Source of the DNA: a virus
Taxonomy: Duplodnaviria; Heunggongvirae; Uroviricota; Caudoviricetes
IMG/VR virus record: IMGVR_UViG_646862323_000004
Length of the DNA: 12,617 nucleotides
Direction: 5' to 3' (one strand)
Both the position numbers and the translations under genes were made by a program. The notes below the pieces were generated by a model. That model was given only the letters and a program-made list of their open reading frames with translations. It made no database searches and was not told the DNA's origin. Positions 7,855 through 12,617 of this stretch are shown in pieces; within the stretch, counting starts at the first letter, position 1; each line of letters opens with the position of its first letter.

Positions 7855-7991
7855 AATCTTAACTACAATATGATTCATTTTGATGATTGTTTCATAAGGA
7901 ACAGTGAAGTAAGATCTAAGAGGAGTTAAATTTTATACAGTATAATCATAATATTGCAGCAAGGTGGTTATAATTGAAAGAATATTTAGAT

Positions 7992-9450
7992 ATGAATACA
8001 TCTCATGTAAGAGTTGTTACTCATATGTGTGGGTTCCTGGTTTGGCTCTATAGTCTTTCAATGTTGCCACCAATGGTTGTAGCATTGTTTTATAAAGAAA
8101 AAAGCCTATTCGTTTTCTTTATAACTTTCGTTATATTTTTTTGTCATTGGTGGCGGAGCGTGGTATACAACTAAGAAATCTGGCATTCAATTACGTACCC
8201 GTGATGGGTTTATTATAATTGTAATGTTTTGGATTTTGTTTTCTGTTATTAGTGCATTCCCTTTATGGATTGACTCAGAACTTAATTTAACGTTCATTGA
8301 TGCTCTGTTTGAAGGGGTTTCTGGAATAACAACAACAGGAGCAACTGTAATTGATGATGTTAGTTCATTACCTCGGGCATATTTGTACTATCGGTCACAG
8401 TTAAATTTTATAGGTGGTTTAGGAGTTATTGTTCTGGCGGTTGCTGTATTGCCATTATTGGGTATTGGTGGTGCAAAGCTTTATCAGTCAGAAATGCCGG
8501 GGCCATTTAAGGATGACAAACTCACTCCCCGCCTGGCCGATACGTCACGGACACTGTGGATAACTTATTCTTTATTAGGTATTGCTTGTATTGTCTGTTA
8601 TAGACTTGCAGGAATGCCTTTGTTTGATGCTATTTGTCACGGGATTTCCACAGTTTCGCTTGGTGGTTTCTCAACTCATAGCGAGAGTATCGGATATTTT
8701 AATAACTATTTGGTTGAGCTGGTGGCTGGTTCTTTTTCCCTGCTATCGGCTTTCAACTTCACTCTTTGGTATATTGTTATTAGCAGGAAAACGATAAAAC
8801 CTTTAATCAGAGATATTGAACTTCGTTTCTTTCTGTTAATAGCCTTAGGGGTGATCATTGTTACCTCTTTCCAGGTCTGGCATATAGGTATGTATGACTT
8901 GCATGGAAGTTTTATTCATTCGTTTTTTCTTGCCAGCTCCATGCTCACTGATAATGGTTTAGCTACGCAGGATTATGCAAGCTGGCCCACGCACACGATA
9001 GTGTTTTTGCTGTCGTCAAGTTTCTTTGGGGGATGTATAGGTTCAACTTGTGGTGGAATTAAGTCACTTCGATTTCTTATACTTTTCAAACAAAGCAAAC
9101 ACGAGATAAATCAGCTTTCTCATCCCAGAGCGTTGTTGAGTGTAAATGTAGGAGGGAAGATAGTTACAGATCGTGTAATGAGGTCTGTATGGAGTTTCTT
9201 TTTTCTTTATACTCTCTTCACGGTGTTTTTTATACTGGTGTTAAATGGTATGGGATATGATTTTCTTACATCATTTGCAACAGTGGCTGCATGTATTAAT
9301 AATATGGGATTAGGTTTTGGGGCTACTGCATCGTCATTCGGAGTGCTTAATGACATTGCAAAATATTTAATGTGCATAGCTATGATTCTTGGTCGCCTTG
9401 AAATTTATCCTGTTATTATATTGTTTTCAGGTTTTTTTTGGCGCTCCTAA
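7992..9450 (+). pseudogene. trkG: TrkG potassium-uptake protein gene disrupted by a +1 frameshift (extra C near 8145)
   Basis: Frame 3 reads MNTSHVRVV...FVIFFC then HWWRSVVYN-stop (8172-8174). Frame 1 from 8146 reads IGGGAWYTTKKSGIQLRTRDGFIIIVMFW and continues to 9450. The span is 1459 nt, one more than 486 codons. The region is strongly AT-rich. Confidence 0.85.
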
Positions 9451-9532
9451 TATATGGCTGATTTATAATTGTGAGTTTAATATTATATTGACTCACTCAT
9501 TGATCCAATACCTAACTTTACCAGCAACACCT

Positions 9533-9570
9533 CCGCCCCCAGTAGCACTGGCTGCTGGGGTGCGTTTTAT
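9533..9570 (+). terminator. Candidate intrinsic terminator downstream of trkG
   Basis: Imperfect GC-rich stem (CGCCCCCAG ... CTGGGGTGCG) at about 9533-9564, followed by TTTTATTC. Read from the sequence; not energy-scored. Confidence 0.3.
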
Positions 9571-9587
9571 TCATAAAGCAAGGCTGT

Positions 9588-9983
9588 ATGAGCGAGAAAT
9601 TAAAGATAGTCTATCGCCCATTACAAGAATTGTCACCGTATGCGCACAACGCCAGGACGCACAGTACTGAGCAGGTGGCACAACTGGTAGAAAGTATTAA
9701 GCAATTCGGCTGGACTAATCCGGTGCTGATTGACGAAAAGGGCGAAATTATTGCGGGTCACGGTCGTGTTATGGCGGCTGAAATGCTCAAAATGGATTCT
9801 GTTCCGGTCATTGTTCTGGCCGGAGATACAACCTACAGGGAATGGTTTTTGCGTCAGCCTTACACCAGACAAAAACAGATTGTGGGGGAAACCCGGGCAA
9901 AGCTGATTCGGGATGGCGGTATGTCGCCAGATGAATTTTACACCGATAAAGGCGAATACCCGGATCGCAACAGTAAGCGGTAA
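9588..9983 (+). CDS. ynaK: YnaK-like ParB/Srx-type N-terminal domain ORF, 131 aa, with an aberrant C-terminal extension
   Basis: The first 80 or so residues (…IIAGHGRVMAAEMLKMDSVPVIVLAG) look like a ParB N-terminal nuclease-like fold. The remainder (DTTYREWFLRQPYTRQ...) has no ParB character and overlaps the next ORF. Confidence 0.68.
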   Translation: MSEKLKIVYRPLQELSPYAHNARTHSTEQVAQLVESIKQFGWTNPVLIDEKGEIIAGHGRVMAAEMLKMDSVPVIVLAGDTTYREWFLRQPYTRQKQIVGETRAKLIRDGGMSPDEFYTDKGEYPDRNSKR

Positions 9984-10668
9984 TACATCCCTTATAACAG
10001 CCAAAGCTGAACAACAGGGCGAGTGGACCTACTATGAGGCCACTTATACAGCTAATACGGACATTGATACCGTTAACTGTGCTTTTTATATGACAAATAA
10101 AATAAGTAATGAGCCATTCTATGATGACTCAACATTAACCATGACGACGCCGCAAATTGAACTGGGCAATACGGCATCGTCATTTATTGTAACTACAATG
10201 CCAACAACACGCGCAAGTGATGTGGTTACTATCCCCTCGGCGAATAACCTGTCAACACGGCCTTTTACAGTATTGTGCGAAGTAAGGAGGAACTGGAGTA
10301 CACCGCCCAATGTTGCGCCAAGGATATTTGATGTTGGAGGGCACAGTATTGATGATAATTATTTATCGCTGGGGTTTGTTTCAACAGGAAAGATAAGCGC
10401 CAACGTAGGAATGGTTCAGCCACAAATTTCCTCAGATGGAGAAAGGTTCATTGTGGGTGTGAGAGCTAAATCTGATTTATCAGTAAATGCAATATGCAAT
10501 GGTAATTATACAACAAACCTTAATGGTAAAATATTTGGAGTTACAGCAACATCGTACCGGTTTGGTGGGCAGACCGCAGCAGGAACGCGTCATTTGTTTG
10601 GACACATCAGAAATTTCAGAGTCTGGTTTAAAGAATTAAATGACAGGCAAATCAAGGAGGCAGTATGA
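9913..10668 (+). CDS. Tail-fibre-like protein fragment, 251 aa, with a C-terminal concanavalin-A/LamG-like jelly-roll domain; probably 5'-truncated
   Basis: Thr/Ser/Asn-rich beta-type composition. The C-terminus (...RFGGQTAAGTRHLFGHIRNFRVWFKELNDRQIKEAV) resembles the end of LamG-type domains. No Shine-Dalgarno precedes any in-frame Met; an in-frame stop lies at 9904-9906. Confidence 0.5.
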   Translation: MAVCRQMNFTPIKANTRIATVSGNTSLITAKAEQQGEWTYYEATYTANTDIDTVNCAFYMTNKISNEPFYDDSTLTMTTPQIELGNTASSFIVTTMPTTRASDVVTIPSANNLSTRPFTVLCEVRRNWSTPPNVAPRIFDVGGHSIDDNYLSLGFVSTGKISANVGMVQPQISSDGERFIVGVRAKSDLSVNAICNGNYTTNLNGKIFGVTATSYRFGGQTAAGTRHLFGHIRNFRVWFKELNDRQIKEAV

Positions 10669-10943
10669 AAGATTTAACTTTGAAATTTCCTGGTAACAGA
10701 GAGTTTAAATCCTTCCTGTCATCTCTTGACTGGGAGGAAGATGAAGACCTCCAGAATAAACTGTTAGTCGATGAAATTGGTTTCACCTACACAGAAACAG
10801 GGGTAACTGAAGAGGGAGAACCTGTCTGTATCCGGAATAACGGTTATTTTGTCAACATTCGCATTCTTGATGACTTGTTTGATGTTTCTGTATTCTCTGA
10901 TTATGTCGTGGAGCTGGAAACACCGCTTCGGGAATGGAGCTGA
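10665..10943 (+). CDS. Hypothetical acidic protein, 92 aa
   Basis: Consensus AAGGAGG lies 5 nt upstream of the ATG, which overlaps the preceding stop (ATGA). Asp/Glu-rich with no hydrophobic segment. I recognise no family. Confidence 0.6.
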   Translation: MKDLTLKFPGNREFKSFLSSLDWEEDEDLQNKLLVDEIGFTYTETGVTEEGEPVCIRNNGYFVNIRILDDLFDVSVFSDYVVELETPLREWS

Positions 10944-10955
10944 AAGGAGGAAATA

Positions 10956-11249
10956 ATGGATATAAGCCCCTTACTTCATGCACTTTGTGCTGTGGCTGCG
11001 CAGATACTGGTTGGTCTTTTTACCGGAAACTGGGCTTACGGAGCGATAGCCGGTTGTACGTTCTTCATTGCGCGTGAACATACCCAGGCAGAATATCGCT
11101 GGATTGAAATGTTCGGGCATGGCAAGCGAATGAATATGCCGTGGTGGGGCGGTTTTGATCCGCGCGCGTGGGATGTGGCAAGCCTGATGGATTTTGCTGT
11201 GCCGGTGGTGGCGTGTCTGCTGGTCTGGCTGTTGGTTAATCGTGGGTGA
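10956..11249 (+). CDS. Hypothetical small integral membrane protein, 97 aa, about three hydrophobic segments
   Basis: Consensus AAGGAGG lies 4 nt upstream of the ATG. Hydrophobic stretches [32 protein letters not shown] and [19 protein letters not shown] recognise no family. Confidence 0.62.
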   Translation: MDISPLLHALCAVAAQILVGLFTGNWAYGAIAGCTFFIAREHTQAEYRWIEMFGHGKRMNMPWWGGFDPRAWDVASLMDFAVPVVACLLVWLLVNRG

Positions 11250-11259
11250 AAAAAGGTGG

Positions 11260-11379
11260 GCTGTATATGCAACGGAGGAAGAAACCTCGTTGCTGGAAGC
11301 ATGGAAAAAGTATCGGGTATTGCTGAACCGTGTTGATACGTCAACTGCACAGGATATTGAATGGCCAGCACTGCCGTAG
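11260..11379 (+). pseudogene. tfaR: 3' remnant of a tail fibre assembly gene (tfa); conserved C-terminal 35 or so codons only
   Basis: Translation ...[36 protein letters not shown]-stop matches the lambda Tfa C-terminus as I recall it. There is no in-frame ATG; the upstream sequence in this frame overlaps the membrane-protein gene. Confidence 0.7.
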
Positions 11380-11476
11380 GGTAAAACATATAAATTCTAT
11401 AATTAGATGTATCTTTCCATTTACGGCAAGGAAGGGGGCTTGGAAGACGTAAAGCATCTCACACCGAGATTATTTT

Positions 11477-12067
11477 TTATATGTCAGGTGTCTGAAGTTT
11501 TGCTTTGGCTCTTAAAATGGTTTGCCGCGAGGTTTTGAATTCCCGGGCAATGGCACTTATACTTACACCTGACTTAATTCGTTCGAATACCACCTGTTTC
11601 TGTTCTTCATTTAACACAGGTGGTCGACCAAAACGTTTCCCTGCGCCGCGGGCTCTTACTATCCCGGAATGAGTGCGTTCAAGTAAAAGGTCTCGTTCAA
11701 ATTCAGCGACTGCTGAAATTACTTGCATCATCATTTTTCCTGTTGGACTGGTCAGGTCAATGCCCCCCAATGCTAAGCAATGCACTCTGATACCTGTTTC
11801 GGTCAGTTGTTCCACTGTTTTCCTGATATCCATTGCATTACAACCAAGGCGATCCAATTTTGTCACAATCAATTGATCACCACATTTCAGGCGAGCAAGC
11901 AACCGGTTAAAACCAGGACGCTCACTGGTTGCTGCTGAGCCACTAATGTGTTCTTCGATTATTTGCTGAGGTTTGATTTTAAAACCTGCACTTTCGATTT
12001 CCCGGCGTTGATTTTCGGTGGTCTGATCCAGCGTTGATATCCGACAGTAAGCAAAAATTTGAGACAT
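11477..12067 (-). CDS. pinR: Serine recombinase, Pin/Gin/Hin-family DNA invertase, 196 aa
   Basis: N-terminal catalytic motif ([11 protein letters not shown]), resolvase fold and C-terminal helix-turn-helix ([20 protein letters not shown]). Sequence and length match my recollection of PinR. Confidence 0.93.
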   Translation of the reverse strand: MSQIFAYCRISTLDQTTENQRREIESAGFKIKPQQIIEEHISGSAATSERPGFNRLLARLKCGDQLIVTKLDRLGCNAMDIRKTVEQLTETGIRVHCLALGGIDLTSPTGKMMMQVISAVAEFERDLLLERTHSGIVRARGAGKRFGRPPVLNEEQKQVVFERIKSGVSISAIAREFKTSRQTILRAKAKLQTPDI

Positions 12068-12383
12068 AGTGAGACTCTATACGAAATTGGTGTTCATATC
12101 ATAATGCATCTCAGAAAATAATTATGATTATTTTTGTGCATATTTGTATGTACACGTTCGAAAATAAACGAATGCGTATGCAACCCCGTAATTTTGGTGA
12201 GACCCAAAATCGATTTTGTGAAAAATGGCTTTAACTCGGTTTGTTTTTCGAGTTCCGGGCGGACTCAAGGAAGAAGAATAGTGTTGCGTGTTATTTTAAC
12301 CAGATTTCAAGTTGTTTGGTCGTGGAAAAGTGGAGCAAAATGTTGTTAAAGTGGAAAAATGATAAAAAAGTAAGTTTATTATA

Positions 12384-12617
12384 TTACATTTTACCATTTA
12401 AATTTTGGTTGTCTTTAAGAACTGATATCGCTGTTTGTAATAATTCTTTGTTATCCAGCCATGATTTTTTCTTTATGTTTCCTTCAATGTAATCAAGCAA
12501 TGTTCTGGTATTGATAGGTCTTCCCTGTTTTGCTACTTCCACTACAGCATCCCCTAGGATAATTCTTACTTCAGGAAGCTGCGCAGGGAACCACTTTAGG
12601 GTGTCTTTTGATTTCAT
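12384..12617 (-). CDS. ynaE: YnaE/YdfK-family small protein, 77 aa
   Basis: Complete ORF with ATG at 12617-12615, the last three bases of the window. Translation MKSKDTLKWFPAQLPEVRIILGDAVVEVAKQGRPINTRTLLDY... matches my recollection of YnaE. Confidence 0.85.
   Translation of the reverse strand: MKSKDTLKWFPAQLPEVRIILGDAVVEVAKQGRPINTRTLLDYIEGNIKKKSWLDNKELLQTAISVLKDNQNLNGKM

Larger units (their letters stand above)
1..12617. mobile_element. Interior of a Rac-type defective lambdoid prophage (int through ynaE); neither attachment site lies inside the window
   Basis: Gene order and protein identities: int, xis, ralR, recT, recE, racC, kilR, sieB, lysis cassette, trkG, ynaK, tfa stump, pinR, ynaE. 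The integrase stop codon is at positions 1-3 and the ynaE start codon at 12615-12617, so both prophage ends lie outside. Confidence 0.9.

Noticed and set aside
8582-8797. Alternative-frame ORF inside trkG
   Set aside because: Embedded in the trkG coding region in another frame. Artefact of AT-rich sequence.
9389-9670. ORF spanning the trkG end and the ynaK start
   Set aside because: Overlaps two better-supported genes in a different frame and crosses the candidate terminator.
9633-10014. Minus-strand ORFs of 123 and 68 aa opposite ynaK and the fibre fragment
   Set aside because: No ribosome-binding sites, unusual composition, antisense to ORFs with recognisable domains.
11036-11389. Minus-strand ORF of 117 aa antisense to the membrane-protein gene and tfa stump
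   Set aside because: His/Pro/Thr-rich low-complexity translation with no start context. The plus-strand genes have consensus ribosome-binding sites.
11456-11480. Short hairpin (ATCTC-ACACC-GAGAT) followed by TATTTTTTAT at the pinR stop
   Set aside because: Stem of only 5 bp, too weak to call a terminator, and the T-tract overlaps the pinR stop codon.
12319-12360. Short direct repeats of AAGTGGA(A/G) downstream of ynaE
   Set aside because: Only two or three imperfect copies. Insufficient to call a repeat array or binding-site cluster.
12134-12492. Plus-strand ORFs of 71 and 83 aa between pinR and ynaE
   Set aside because: AT-rich spacer sequence, no ribosome-binding sites, non-protein-like translations. 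More likely the pinR promoter and ynaE 3' region.
1-12617. Search for attachment-site core repeats
   Set aside because: Both prophage ends lie outside the window (int stop at position 1, ynaE start at 12617), so att sites cannot be present. No tRNA, rRNA, CRISPR array or IS-like terminal inverted repeats were seen either.

Overview
The window is the interior of a decayed Rac-type lambdoid prophage of Escherichia coli/Shigella; all calls rest on reading the six-frame translations and on recalled protein families, not on any database search. Minus strand, left to right: integrase, excisionase, ydaC, ralR, recT, a broken recE, racC, ydaE (missed by the ORF track), kilR, then sieB on the plus strand and convergent ydaF/ydaG (both also missed by the track). 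The whole immunity/replication/antitermination region is absent: the ydaG start codon sits about 20 bp from a 5'-truncated S21-type pinholin, followed by a DUF1327 gene, an unassigned minus-strand gene, an SAR endolysin and nested Rz/Rz1 spanins. Downstream lie AT-rich trkG carrying a +1 frameshift, a ynaK-like ParB-domain ORF, a tail-fibre-derived segment, a tfa stump, pinR and ynaE. The most interesting candidate for something undescribed is the pair of small genes at 10665-11249 (an acidic 92-aa protein and a 97-aa multi-pass membrane protein, each with a consensus AAGGAGG ribosome-binding site) sitting where stf/tfa should be; I could not assign either to a family. No tRNA, rRNA, CRISPR array, IS element or att site was found in the window.
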